64,000 bases of DNA from a virus (Duplodnaviria; Caudoviricetes). A program made the position numbers and the translations under genes. The stretch covers positions 65,606 to 129,605 of the IMG/VR virus record IMGVR_UViG_3300028048_000075, one strand, 5' to 3'. The number at the start of each line of letters is the position of its first letter. The stretch's first letter is position 1. The notes below the pieces were generated by a model. The model saw only the letters and a program-made list of their open reading frames with translations. It made no database searches and was not told the DNA's origin. Shown piece by piece: positions 40,274-49,874 of this stretch.

Positions 40274-40322
40274 GAAGAAGGGAAAACAACCAAATCTAAA
40301 ACCCTCCTTCAAGAGGTATTAT

Positions 40323-40553
40323 ATGAAAAATAAAATTTACATGGCTCTTACAATTTTGACATTTGGTTGCTGGATAGGTGCCATTGTTACCACCATTTGC
40401 TGTATAGTCGATCCGACATCGTCCATTGCGGATAGTTGGTTCGGATGGGCTATCTATATGGTGGCTCAGATTGTAAGAGGAATAGTTGGAGGCGACTTCA
40501 AGGAGTACGCCTCCATAATGAAATTTCTGATCAGAAACGCAAACGCTCGCTGA
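40323..40553 (+). CDS. small two-TM membrane protein
   Basis: GAGG RBS before ATG 40323; two hydrophobic segments. Confidence 0.7.
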   Translation: MKNKIYMALTILTFGCWIGAIVTTICCIVDPTSSIADSWFGWAIYMVAQIVRGIVGGDFKEYASIMKFLIRNANAR

Positions 40554-40557
40554 TCAG

Positions 40558-40604
40558 AAGAAATCCGAAAGCACTGAAATGTGTGAGTAGGATTTCTTTT
40601 TTTT
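40558..40604 (+). ncRNA. structured 3' element copy 1 (GAAA/GAGUA internal loop plus U-tract)
   Basis: AAGAAATCC-GAAA-GCAC-tgaaat-GTGT-GAGTA-GGATTTCTT-T tract. Confidence 0.7.
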
Positions 40605-40669
40605 ATTTATATATTATATTAATGAGTGGATAAACAAAATTCAAAACCACTCATATAGGAGTATTAATT

Positions 40670-41854
40670 ATGAAAGACAAGATTGTTATCAATGAGGAAG
40701 AGTTGATGAAGTTGAATCGTCCTGTAACAAAGAATGACTTCACACCAACAAAATTGGATGTAAATATAGATTACAACTATCTTTACGATTTATTGACTTC
40801 AGATATGAACTTGATCACTCATCCTGGTCAGTTCCATGCCGATGAGGTTTTTGCTATTGCATTGATACTAATTGCACGTCAAGCAATAGTCAATGCATCT
40901 AAACCTGATCCTGCAGAAGGATTGAGACCAACTGTACCTTATATTAAGGCAGTCGTAAATCGTTTTAATATCGCAGGTCTTCGACCAGAAGAACTTCGTG
41001 ATTATTACTATTACGACTGTATTCTGGATTTGAAAAATGGTCATTTCGACCATCATCATGACAATCCAGAAGAACGTTGGTTTGCCGATGAAAAGTTTGG
41101 ATTTGAGCCATCCAAAGAACACAAAATGGATGCGATGGCAACCTTTGGATGTGTCTGGTATAAGATCGGAAAGATCTTTAACATCCAGGGCGTAGAAGGT
41201 TCCAAGAACGTCTACACGGAGCTCTACAAGAATTTTATTAGAGAAATCGATCAGATTGACAATAATGGTCCTAAGGTGGCTAAGTCACAGATCGGTAAAA
41301 TGATCTCTAATATGAATATGTGGACTCCGTATGAGTACACTAGACGTTATACTCCTAATGACTCTGATGCAGATCTTGGAACAACTCCAAACTTCATTGA
41401 GGCTGTGAGGTTAGCGATCAGCATCTTGCATGCTGAAATTGTTCAGACACAGAACATGTTTTCTGCTGTGGTGAACGTTCAGAAAAAGTGTAAGATCGAA
41501 AAGATCAATGACATCACATACGTAAAGATACCTCGTGTAGCTGATGATGAGGAAGAACCAAATGTTCCTCTTGAAGCTGCGGAGATGATCGGTGCTGATG
41601 TTCTAGTAAATTACAACCCGAGTGATCGTGACGGTTCATTCAGAATCGTCATGACAAATTCATCGAAATTGGCATTTGATCAGGAGTTGTTTAACATAAG
41701 AGAGCATATTGACGGTATGCTCTTCATGCATCCTGCTCGTTTCATAGCATCATTTGATTCTGTCGAACATTTGGACGAATTCATAAATCGTCTCAAACGC
41801 TACGATATTACAAATGGTGAAACTGGTGAGACAACAGGAACCGTCTCTTTCTAA
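40670..41854 (+). CDS. MYG1-family (UPF0160) metal-dependent nuclease
   Basis: THPGQFHADEV, GHFDHH, ATFGCVW, IDQIDN, FMHPARFIA. Confidence 0.85.
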   Translation: MKDKIVINEEELMKLNRPVTKNDFTPTKLDVNIDYNYLYDLLTSDMNLITHPGQFHADEVFAIALILIARQAIVNASKPDPAEGLRPTVPYIKAVVNRFNIAGLRPEELRDYYYYDCILDLKNGHFDHHHDNPEERWFADEKFGFEPSKEHKMDAMATFGCVWYKIGKIFNIQGVEGSKNVYTELYKNFIREIDQIDNNGPKVAKSQIGKMISNMNMWTPYEYTRRYTPNDSDADLGTTPNFIEAVRLAISILHAEIVQTQNMFSAVVNVQKKCKIEKINDITYVKIPRVADDEEEPNVPLEAAEMIGADVLVNYNPSDRDGSFRIVMTNSSKLAFDQELFNIREHIDGMLFMHPARFIASFDSVEHLDEFINRLKRYDITNGETGETTGTVSF

Positions 41855-41876
41855 AATAACGATTTAATAAATATAA

Positions 41877-41905
41877 AGAAGGGCTTCGGCCCTTCTTTTT
41901 TTTTT
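41877..41905 (+). terminator. rho-independent terminator (UUCG loop)
   Basis: AGAAGGGC-TTCG-GCCCTTCT plus T-run. Confidence 0.85.
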
Positions 41906-41915
41906 CTCTATTTTT

Positions 41916-41929
41916 GACAAACTAATATA
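41916..41929 (+). promoter_or_regulatory. late-type promoter GACA-N6-TATA
   Basis: GACAAACTAATATA. Confidence 0.65.
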
Positions 41930-41949
41930 ACTAAATAAGGATAACTATT

Positions 41950-42735
41950 ATGGATGATTCTAAGGCTTTATATAGAAAATATTTTAAAAGAATGCCTGAT
42001 GATTCAGTACATTTCTTTGGCGAAAAAATGATTATTCAAATACCAGAAATATTCATAGAACGCGGTATTACTAAGATCGTTCAAACTAATGTTAATACTA
42101 TTGGTATTTTTGAAGGTTATATTTTTGATAATTCTGATGAAGAAGATATATCAAAAGCCGATCATAAGTTTGTATTGAAATTACCATCAACAATATATTT
42201 ACAACCTTCACATATTGAAAAAACTACAAAAATGGTGGAAGATGTAGAAACAGATACTATGAAAAAAGAAAATTTCTACAATTTCATATTTACATATGAC
42301 GACGTATTTATGGTAACGTGTATTCTTGTTCAAGACTTCCATTGTGTTGATAGTTTCTGTGATATGCTTCTTAATGGTAAGATACCAGATATGATTCGGT
42401 ATGATGAAATGACCTCATTGTGGGCAAAATGTGCAGAAATTAACGGTTCTAAGAATCTTAAAACAGATTTCAATACACTTGCTATGATTGTTTCTAATCT
42501 TATTCGTGATCCTGAGAATTTTTCTGATCCATTCCGTTTGGTTTATGAAAAATATTATGCTAAAGGGATTTATAACGGTAAGCGTATTATGTATCGCGAT
42601 ATTCCTAGGTATATATCCAACTTCACGGCTATTACTGGTTCTGATCCTAGATTCGGAGTAACTGTATCAATGGAAAAGACAAAGGGTAGAAAGAAACCTG
42701 ATACTACGTCTCCTGTAGAGGAAATGATTAAATAG
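41950..42735 (+). CDS. jumbo-phage late protein, putative virion component
   Basis: Late-type promoter; C-terminal FTAITG...SPVEEMIK recalls conserved phiKZ/AR9-group proteins. Confidence 0.55.
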   Translation: MDDSKALYRKYFKRMPDDSVHFFGEKMIIQIPEIFIERGITKIVQTNVNTIGIFEGYIFDNSDEEDISKADHKFVLKLPSTIYLQPSHIEKTTKMVEDVETDTMKKENFYNFIFTYDDVFMVTCILVQDFHCVDSFCDMLLNGKIPDMIRYDEMTSLWAKCAEINGSKNLKTDFNTLAMIVSNLIRDPENFSDPFRLVYEKYYAKGIYNGKRIMYRDIPRYISNFTAITGSDPRFGVTVSMEKTKGRKKPDTTSPVEEMIK

Positions 42736-42743
42736 GAGAGTTT

Positions 42744-43442
42744 ATGGGAATATATGATTACGAAAACATGTTGAAGCATGAAATCTATTATAAAGATGGT
42801 AGAAAGAGTAATCTCATGGAAAGAACTAAAGAAAACATGCGTTTTATTATACATTACGCTAATTTTCTTGTTCCAAATAGTTTAGGAAGAGTAATTAATA
42901 CCCATGTTTTCAAATACACTAAACTTAGAGAAGAAATATATGCTTTGACTTGTAGATTATACGATGTACAAGACAAAACCGTTAAAGAAGCTTCACAATT
43001 TACATTTTATGTAAATGAAACATCGTTTTGGAATAGATTTCATATTTATACTAAAGATGGTATGCTTTTGAGTGCTAAACATGGTATAAGTGTTAATGAA
43101 ATGCTTAATATATGTGAGCATGATAAAGATAAGTTCGATAGAATAGATTTGAATCTTATTCCTGCTGAGAAAGATGAATTGCATAATTCTCCTATTCTTA
43201 TACAAGATGAAGCAGAGAGATTGCATATTTATGACGATAGTATAGTAGTTATAGATTCACACATTAATTATAACAAACGTGTTTGGTGCGAATTGTTTGA
43301 TCAACAGCTTATTATTCCTAGTGAAATAAAAGGTGGAGTTGAAGTAGTTACCCGTTTAGGCAATTATAAAACCCCTGGTACTATTCTGTATTATGATCCT
43401 AATGATCCTGAATATGAAAAATATTCTCCTTTATATCTTTAA
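42744..43442 (+). CDS. hypothetical protein
   Basis: AGGAG RBS; 232-aa ORF. Confidence 0.75.
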   Translation: MGIYDYENMLKHEIYYKDGRKSNLMERTKENMRFIIHYANFLVPNSLGRVINTHVFKYTKLREEIYALTCRLYDVQDKTVKEASQFTFYVNETSFWNRFHIYTKDGMLLSAKHGISVNEMLNICEHDKDKFDRIDLNLIPAEKDELHNSPILIQDEAERLHIYDDSIVVIDSHINYNKRVWCELFDQQLIIPSEIKGGVEVVTRLGNYKTPGTILYYDPNDPEYEKYSPLYL

Positions 43443-43488
43443 AATATTGAAATAGTGGGATTTTCCCACTATTTCATATACTACCAAA

Positions 43489-43502
43489 AACATTAGAATA
43501 TA
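43489..43502 (+). promoter_or_regulatory. late-type promoter AACA-N6-TATA
   Basis: AACATTAGAATATA. Confidence 0.65.
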
Positions 43503-43521
43503 CTTAAAAGAGGGTAAAACT

Positions 43522-45207
43522 ATGTCTAGTAGTATGGATTTGGACCTTCTTAATGTCAATAAAGACATAGAAATGAATGGGTGGTTGGAAGTTACATCAC
43601 CTAAATATTTTGTGTCAAATACGACTGAATTGGATCCAGAAGGTATATTTTCTATAGATATATTTGGAGAACCTGGTACCGAAGACAGAAAGCTTAAATG
43701 GGGATGGGTAAGATTGAATGATGTATTCATGAATCCTCATGCTTACTATGTATTATTCCGTCTTAAAAAGAATATTGCGGAAGATATGAAGACCGGTACA
43801 GGCAAATATTATGTTGATAAAACTGGAGAATTAGTTAAACTTGCTGCTGGAAAAACAGTTCCTGCAGATGCTGCATATAGTGTTCTTGGTAGTGGATTTG
43901 ATTGGTTAAAAGATGCTTGGCCTCATATAACTTGGAGAACTACCAAAGATATGTCTATGGCAGCTAAAACTCGAAGAAGATTCTTAAAAGCATTTGATAT
44001 AGATGCTATTTTCTGGGATAAATTTCCTATTTGTCCAGCATTCTATAGAGACGTTGATTATAAAACGTCTAAAAGGAATGTTATAAATAAAATGTATACC
44101 AAAATTATAAATCTTGCACAGATTTTGAAAAATACTAGCAATCTTGTATTTATTGATGATCCTGAAATACCATCTAAGAGCATTTCATATACTAAGATGC
44201 AGGATGCAATGAATGAAATTGCTGAATTTTTCTTTGGTAAAATTGGAGGAGCTGATGGATTTATTAATAAACATGTTGTTGGTAAATCTACTGACTATGG
44301 GGCTCGCCTTGTTATTTCGTGTCCTTCGTTCAATTATGAAAGGTATACAGATGTTGATGTAGACTTTTTCCATTCATCTGTACCTTTAGCTGTAGCTATA
44401 AACATTTTTGCACCATTCATGATATATGAAATCAAAAGGTGGATACTAGGTCATGTCTCTGGTAATAGATTTTTACGTTATTACGATTTCAATAAAAAGA
44501 AATTTATTGATGTAGAGGTATCTAAAGGATATATAGACGAGTTCTCTACTGATGAAATTCGTCGTTCATTGGATCTTTATAAAAAATCTAAGATCTATAG
44601 AGCAAAAACTGTTACTATTAGAGGAGAAAATGGTGAAAGAATACCTATTCAATTAACATTCTCTTATAATACACAGAACAATCAAATTATTCTTAGTACA
44701 GATAGAAATGACATAGAAAGTACGGATGATCCAGATAACTTTGTTCGTAACATAACGTATTGTGAATTGTACTACATTATCGCATATGAAGCATTGAAGA
44801 CTAAATGTGTTGATGTAACTCGTTATCCTATGGATGACTACTATCACATTTTCCCTTCTTTGATGAATATTATTCCTGCGGTAAAGACTAGACCTGTAGC
44901 TTTCAATGGTGTAGTATATCCTAGATATCCTATTCTACAACATAAAAATAAAAGTGAGCTTGAACATATGTTTATAGATTCACTAAAAATGTTCTCTATT
45001 AACCCGTCTGCACTTGGTGCTGACTTCGATGGAGACCAGGTTTCTTGCCAGAGTTTGTTTGCAGACGAATCTAACGAAGAAGCGATTCGTCAAATGAATG
45101 CAAAATCGAATATTCTTGGTATGAGTGGTAAAATATTCAAAGAGTTACCAAAAGTTGTACAACACGGACTCTATGGATGTACATTCATGAATAAGAAACC
45201 TGTATAA
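43522..45207 (+). CDS. RNA polymerase beta' subunit, N-terminal/catalytic half (probably virion RNAP, phiKZ gp180-like)
   Basis: DPEGIFSIDIFG, FPICPAFYRD, VVGKSTDYGARLVI, VTRYP, catalytic ALGADFDGDQ; late-type promoter. Confidence 0.92.
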   Translation: MSSSMDLDLLNVNKDIEMNGWLEVTSPKYFVSNTTELDPEGIFSIDIFGEPGTEDRKLKWGWVRLNDVFMNPHAYYVLFRLKKNIAEDMKTGTGKYYVDKTGELVKLAAGKTVPADAAYSVLGSGFDWLKDAWPHITWRTTKDMSMAAKTRRRFLKAFDIDAIFWDKFPICPAFYRDVDYKTSKRNVINKMYTKIINLAQILKNTSNLVFIDDPEIPSKSISYTKMQDAMNEIAEFFFGKIGGADGFINKHVVGKSTDYGARLVISCPSFNYERYTDVDVDFFHSSVPLAVAINIFAPFMIYEIKRWILGHVSGNRFLRYYDFNKKKFIDVEVSKGYIDEFSTDEIRRSLDLYKKSKIYRAKTVTIRGENGERIPIQLTFSYNTQNNQIILSTDRNDIESTDDPDNFVRNITYCELYYIIAYEALKTKCVDVTRYPMDDYYHIFPSLMNIIPAVKTRPVAFNGVVYPRYPILQHKNKSELEHMFIDSLKMFSINPSALGADFDGDQVSCQSLFADESNEEAIRQMNAKSNILGMSGKIFKELPKVVQHGLYGCTFMNKKPV

Positions 45208-45218
45208 GGAGTAGTATA

Positions 45219-48200
45219 ATGGCAAAAAATAAAAATGTGCCTAATCCACTTAATAACGAAACGAATCTTAGTATCTACGCAGATCATCTTGGTTTAACAC
45301 CAAATTTTATTAAACAACATCGCGATAAGCTGAATAAGATCGAAAAACAGGTAGAAAAAAGTCTAAAAGATACCAATAAAGATGATCCTAATACGATTTT
45401 TGACACAATGGGAGTTCTTAAGAAGCTTACTGAAATGACATACGTTTCAGATGCTTATGAGAATAACTTAAATGTCAATACATCTGATAGAGGTTCTCTC
45501 GATACTAAAGATGGTTTCCGTATGATTTATGGAGAAGCTGAGAATAGATACGATACTCAGATATTTAATTTTCATGCTTCTCTTTTCTCTAATTATCGTA
45601 ACCTTGTTTCTGAATATAGAAATATTTCTCGTCTTATTCAGGAAGTAGATAGATGTGCTGATATGAAATCTAGAGATATCTTGGCAATCAACGAAATTAC
45701 TAAGAGATCTATTACGAATATTTATCAGCCAGAATCAAAAGATCCTGATGCATTCTTGCCATCAAATTTGGTAATGAATCCTATCAATAAATCTATTCAG
45801 GAAAAAATTCTTGATAGATATGAAGTGGAAGAAAAACTTCCAAGATACATTAAACTTGCTCTTATTGAAGGTGCTAGGCCAGTAGTAGTATATCCATTTA
45901 AAGATATTATCGAAATGGCTAATTATAACGTTACTCTCTATAGACGTAAGTTCGTAGATTTCAATATGAAATATGAACAGAACAGTAGTTCTACTGAGAG
46001 TTTTCATGATTTCTTGTTAGGATATCACAACAAGAATCAACGTATAGTACCTGATGAAATGACCAAACGGGTTTATACATTTGGTCAAGAAGATGTGTCT
46101 CAAACTACAGAAGAAGACTTTAGAGCAAAACGTGATGCAATAATTAAACGTTATGTATCTGATGATGAACTTAATGAGTACTTTGTAAAAGGTTGTGAAG
46201 ACATTTCTAATAATCTTGATATTGCTGAACGTAAACGTTTATTGGAAATTTATGGTTCTAATGTTATAGACAAAACTTCAGAAATTGAAGAAACTAAGAG
46301 TAATTTCCAGGATCTTCATGCTAAAGTTAAAATAGATGGTTCTTTGTCAGAACATTTCAAGAATCAGATTTTCAATGCAATCAAGACATTGGATTCCAAT
46401 ATCGAATTCTTTGATCAGTCTGAAGCTCCTATGAGTTTTGCTATAAATAACTTTAGACGATTAATGCAATTTGCTTCATATCACGAAGATCCTTCTTCAG
46501 GATTGATAGCATATGACGCTAGACAGCAACCTTCTAAGAAACTCAGCGAAAAAATTCCTAAATATTTCCAAGATGATCCAATGTATCGTTTGGATAATAA
46601 AAATCGTTCGAATGAACCTAAATCTATTCTTGATGAGTTCGAAGATTTTAATGACGAAACAAATAACGTTCTTAACGATTGTTTGATTAAGGAATATGAT
46701 GCTGAAGACATGATTCCTATTGTAATTGCTGGTAAACATGTTGGTTATTATGCATTGGAAATGTCTCCATATACAGGAAATGCTGAGTCTATTAATAAAC
46801 GTAACTGTAACTTTACAGATATGTTTATAAATCTTGGTATTAATAACGATCTTCCATTATCACCATCTCCTTCTACTACTGGTTCATTCTCAGCTGGTGT
46901 ACAAACAATGCCTCTTGGAGGTGTTGGTCCTACTTCTGAGATTAGTTCTATTGGTATAACTGGTGCAGGTACTACTGCTATGGCTGGTGGTCTTGATATT
47001 GCAGGTTTTGATATCACTCCTATGGGTGATGATGCTTTACATCGCAATAACATCATGAAGAAGATCATTTTTAACGTATTGAAAGATAAGTTAAAAAGAA
47101 AGGATATCGATGACGATGAATTTTTCACTGACACCATTATGGCACTTATTAGAGACGGTGCTATTATTCAGAATAAGATCAAAGTTATCTATATTCCTTC
47201 AAAATACGTTTGTTATTTCTCACCAGAGATTGATGGCAACGGTATTCCTCAGTCATTTATGAAAAACTGCTTGTTTACTTGTTACGAAAAGATTCTTGTC
47301 AATATGAATAACATTATGACAAGATTGACTCGTACAGGAACAAGAGATAAGATTACCGTAAACATTGGTAAAGCTAAAAATATGGGATTTTCTATTAGAT
47401 CTATTGAGAATGCTCTTTCTACAAGACGTCTTAATGTAGAATCTCCATTTACTTCACTTTCTAGAGTTCTTAAATCTGCTTCATTGTCAGAAACAATCAT
47501 TGTTCCTGTATTTGAAGGAGAAAAACTCTTTGAATATGAAGATTTGACGAGATCTAATGAAGTACAACCTCAGGATGATCTTGAGCAAAAGCTTTCTAAT
47601 GAAATTGTTACATCTCTTAAGTGTCCAATTACTATTACCAATCCATATCAAGAAGAAGACTTTGCTTCATTAGCTGCTTCTAGAAATGCTGAATATCGTT
47701 TTGATATCATTAAGCAACAAAAAGTATTTACAAAAACTATCGAAAAGTTCTTGAAATTGCTTTTTGTAGGATCTGGTTTGTATGCGGAATTAAAAGAAGG
47801 TAATCCTGATCTTTCTCTTAAGAATATTAAAGTCACATTGTCTGCTCCAGAGACATTGAACATGAAGAATGCTAATGAAACATTTGGTACTGTTCAGTCT
47901 TATGTTGAAAACCTTCTCGGTATTATTGTTAACCCAGATGATTCATCTGAAGTGACAAATATGCTGCGATGGATATTGAAAAAGCGACTATATCAGAGAT
48001 ACATGCCTGGTGTTGATTTCGATACACTTCTTAATGAAGTCGATCGTCTTAGAGATACTGCACGTAAAGAAGTTATCAATCAGAAGAAAGACGATTCTAT
48101 TAACAATGAAATTGTTAATACATCATTTGAACCTGTTGAGGTTGATAATTCTGGTGATGCTGTTGTTCGTGGAGATTCCAATAAAGATGTTGGTCTTGGA

Positions 48201-48263
48201 AACGGTGACAGTGGCGATAACGAATCTGATGATAGTGGTGGTGGCGACGATATGTCATGGTAA
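45219..48263 (+). CDS. portal protein (phiKZ gp129-like, T4-portal-related)
   Basis: MIPIVIAGKHVGYY, IYIPSKYVCYF..GNGIPQS, DFASLAASRN, acidic/Gly C-terminal tail; size and late context. Confidence 0.65.
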   Translation: MAKNKNVPNPLNNETNLSIYADHLGLTPNFIKQHRDKLNKIEKQVEKSLKDTNKDDPNTIFDTMGVLKKLTEMTYVSDAYENNLNVNTSDRGSLDTKDGFRMIYGEAENRYDTQIFNFHASLFSNYRNLVSEYRNISRLIQEVDRCADMKSRDILAINEITKRSITNIYQPESKDPDAFLPSNLVMNPINKSIQEKILDRYEVEEKLPRYIKLALIEGARPVVVYPFKDIIEMANYNVTLYRRKFVDFNMKYEQNSSSTESFHDFLLGYHNKNQRIVPDEMTKRVYTFGQEDVSQTTEEDFRAKRDAIIKRYVSDDELNEYFVKGCEDISNNLDIAERKRLLEIYGSNVIDKTSEIEETKSNFQDLHAKVKIDGSLSEHFKNQIFNAIKTLDSNIEFFDQSEAPMSFAINNFRRLMQFASYHEDPSSGLIAYDARQQPSKKLSEKIPKYFQDDPMYRLDNKNRSNEPKSILDEFEDFNDETNNVLNDCLIKEYDAEDMIPIVIAGKHVGYYALEMSPYTGNAESINKRNCNFTDMFINLGINNDLPLSPSPSTTGSFSAGVQTMPLGGVGPTSEISSIGITGAGTTAMAGGLDIAGFDITPMGDDALHRNNIMKKIIFNVLKDKLKRKDIDDDEFFTDTIMALIRDGAIIQNKIKVIYIPSKYVCYFSPEIDGNGIPQSFMKNCLFTCYEKILVNMNNIMTRLTRTGTRDKITVNIGKAKNMGFSIRSIENALSTRRLNVESPFTSLSRVLKSASLSETIIVPVFEGEKLFEYEDLTRSNEVQPQDDLEQKLSNEIVTSLKCPITITNPYQEEDFASLAASRNAEYRFDIIKQQKVFTKTIEKFLKLLFVGSGLYAELKEGNPDLSLKNIKVTLSAPETLNMKNANETFGTVQSYVENLLGIIVNPDDSSEVTNMLRWILKKRLYQRYMPGVDFDTLLNEVDRLRDTARKEVINQKKDDSINNEIVNTSFEPVEVDNSGDAVVRGDSNKDVGLGNGDSGDNESDDSGGGDDMSW

Positions 48264-48269
48264 ATTAAT

Positions 48270-48300
48270 AATCAGAGAGGGTTTGTCCCTCTCTGATTTT
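48270..48300 (+). terminator. rho-independent terminator
   Basis: AATCAGAGAGGG/CCCTCTCTGATT plus T's. Confidence 0.8.
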
Positions 48301-48327
48301 ATATTTCTGGTGAACTTAAAGGTATAA

Positions 48328-48338
48328 TTATATATTAT
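48328..48338 (+). promoter_or_regulatory. early-type promoter
   Basis: TTATATATTAT with CTGGT 16 nt upstream. Confidence 0.7.
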
Positions 48339-48383
48339 AATATTGAGTAGGATAAAAATCCGTCCTACTTAAGGAGTATTATA

Positions 48384-48608
48384 ATGGGATTTAATGAAAA
48401 CGAATTCTTTTCTCAAGAAGAATTCGAAAAGGTCTCCCGTGAGACCTTGGCCTACTGGAGCGATAGTGTTCCAGTATTAAACAGCGGATATGATCAGGAG
48501 CACATCATTGCTCCTTTCGAACTTGAGAACAGCTCAAATGTTCTTGGGCTCGAAAAAGACTATGATAGAGAAGGTCGTCTTCTTGGTATAGACGGCCTTC
48601 CAGTCTAG
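48384..48608 (+). CDS. small acidic early protein, 74 aa
   Basis: AAGGAG RBS; 16 D/E versus 5 K/R. Confidence 0.75.
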   Translation: MGFNENEFFSQEEFEKVSRETLAYWSDSVPVLNSGYDQEHIIAPFELENSSNVLGLEKDYDREGRLLGIDGLPV

Positions 48609-48611
48609 TCA

Positions 48612-48673
48612 TTCCCTGAAAGCAGCCGCCTACTACCGGGGCGGCTGTGAGTAAGGGAAGTTTCTTTTTTTTT
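48612..48673 (+). ncRNA. structured 3' element copy 2 (GAAA/GAGUA internal loop plus U-tract)
   Basis: TTCCCT-GAAA-GCAGCCGCC-loop-GGCGGCTGT-GAGTA-AGGGAA then T tract. Confidence 0.7.
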
Positions 48674-48738
48674 ATTTATATATTATATTTATGAAAGAAC
48701 TCGTATGAGTTTTTAATTTATATTCTAAGGAGAATATT

Positions 48739-49746
48739 ATGGATATGGAGAAACACATTACAAATTCATTAATAGTTAGGTTTTATAACTATTTAGTGAA
48801 AAATCCAAAGTTCAAAAGAGCTGAGAAACTTTCGGACATTACGGAAGTCGGTATAGGGGGACCAATCTGTGCCTTTGAAGCTTTAATTGCAGTTTGCATT
48901 TATGGAATAATAATGAGTGTAAACAATATGAATCCATTTGATGAAAAACATCTGCCAGCAGCGCTTTTGATAATGACTACAACGGTCGCATCAATTGGAG
49001 TTATTCTCCAGCTTATACGAATGGAGATGGTAGATCACATCGATCCTTTTGGTAGTTACAAAGACATAGTTCAGCTAAAAAATGAGCTAGAAGAAGTCAT
49101 ATATAAGATAATCACCAAAGAATACAAAAACGGTATAGTGCTCATGAAAACCTGCGATTTCTCAAGAAATATTGATGCAATCGCTGCGATTTTATACACT
49201 ATATCTATAAAACAAGATCGTTTCGAATTTTATGAAATTTCTCAAGCTATTAGAAAATTTATAAAACTCAATGGTGAAGATGTTGAAGAAACTTTTGTTT
49301 CTGACAATATACTTATACCAAACCTGGAAAATTACAAGAAGTTTGTGACATTCTTGATTTTCAGTGATATCGATCGAATTGATACAAAAGATTTGCAAAA
49401 CACATTGCTCGAAAGAAACATCACGCATAGAAATTATGAGAATTCAGAAATTTCTGCAGCGATAGCTGTTCTTTTGGATTGTGCTAGAATCGTTGAAAAT
49501 TCACCAAGATTAAAAGCCAATTGTATTAGAAAGTTGGTTAGTAAAAGTGATTTGGAAATCAATATCACAGATTATACTAAGCCGGAAGACATTATTGGTA
49601 AAACAAACATCATCTTGAATAGTCCACAAATGTTGACGTTTGCTGGAATTACAGGAAATGATATCAAATCCAGGGTAAAAGAAATCATAAAAGATTTCAA
49701 TAAACGCCAGAAGAAAGAAAAGAATAGCGATTATTACTGGTTGTAA
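48739..49746 (+). CDS. hypothetical protein with N-terminal hydrophobic segments
   Basis: AAGGAG RBS; early-type promoter near 48676. Confidence 0.75.
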   Translation: MDMEKHITNSLIVRFYNYLVKNPKFKRAEKLSDITEVGIGGPICAFEALIAVCIYGIIMSVNNMNPFDEKHLPAALLIMTTTVASIGVILQLIRMEMVDHIDPFGSYKDIVQLKNELEEVIYKIITKEYKNGIVLMKTCDFSRNIDAIAAILYTISIKQDRFEFYEISQAIRKFIKLNGEDVEETFVSDNILIPNLENYKKFVTFLIFSDIDRIDTKDLQNTLLERNITHRNYENSEISAAIAVLLDCARIVENSPRLKANCIRKLVSKSDLEINITDYTKPEDIIGKTNIILNSPQMLTFAGITGNDIKSRVKEIIKDFNKRQKKEKNSDYYWL

Positions 49747-49765
49747 TATTAATGTGATGTTCGAA

Positions 49766-49811
49766 AAATCCGAAAGCACCGAAAGGTGTGAGTAGGATTT
49801 CTTTTTTTTTT
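49766..49811 (+). ncRNA. structured 3' element copy 3 (GAAA/GAGUA internal loop plus U-tract)
   Basis: AAATCC-GAAA-GCACC-gaaa-GGTGT-GAGTA-GGATTT-c-T tract. Confidence 0.7.
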
Positions 49812-49874
49812 GTAATTTATTTACTTATATATTATGATTTAGACGAAAACAAGATATTATATGTGAGGTGTTAT

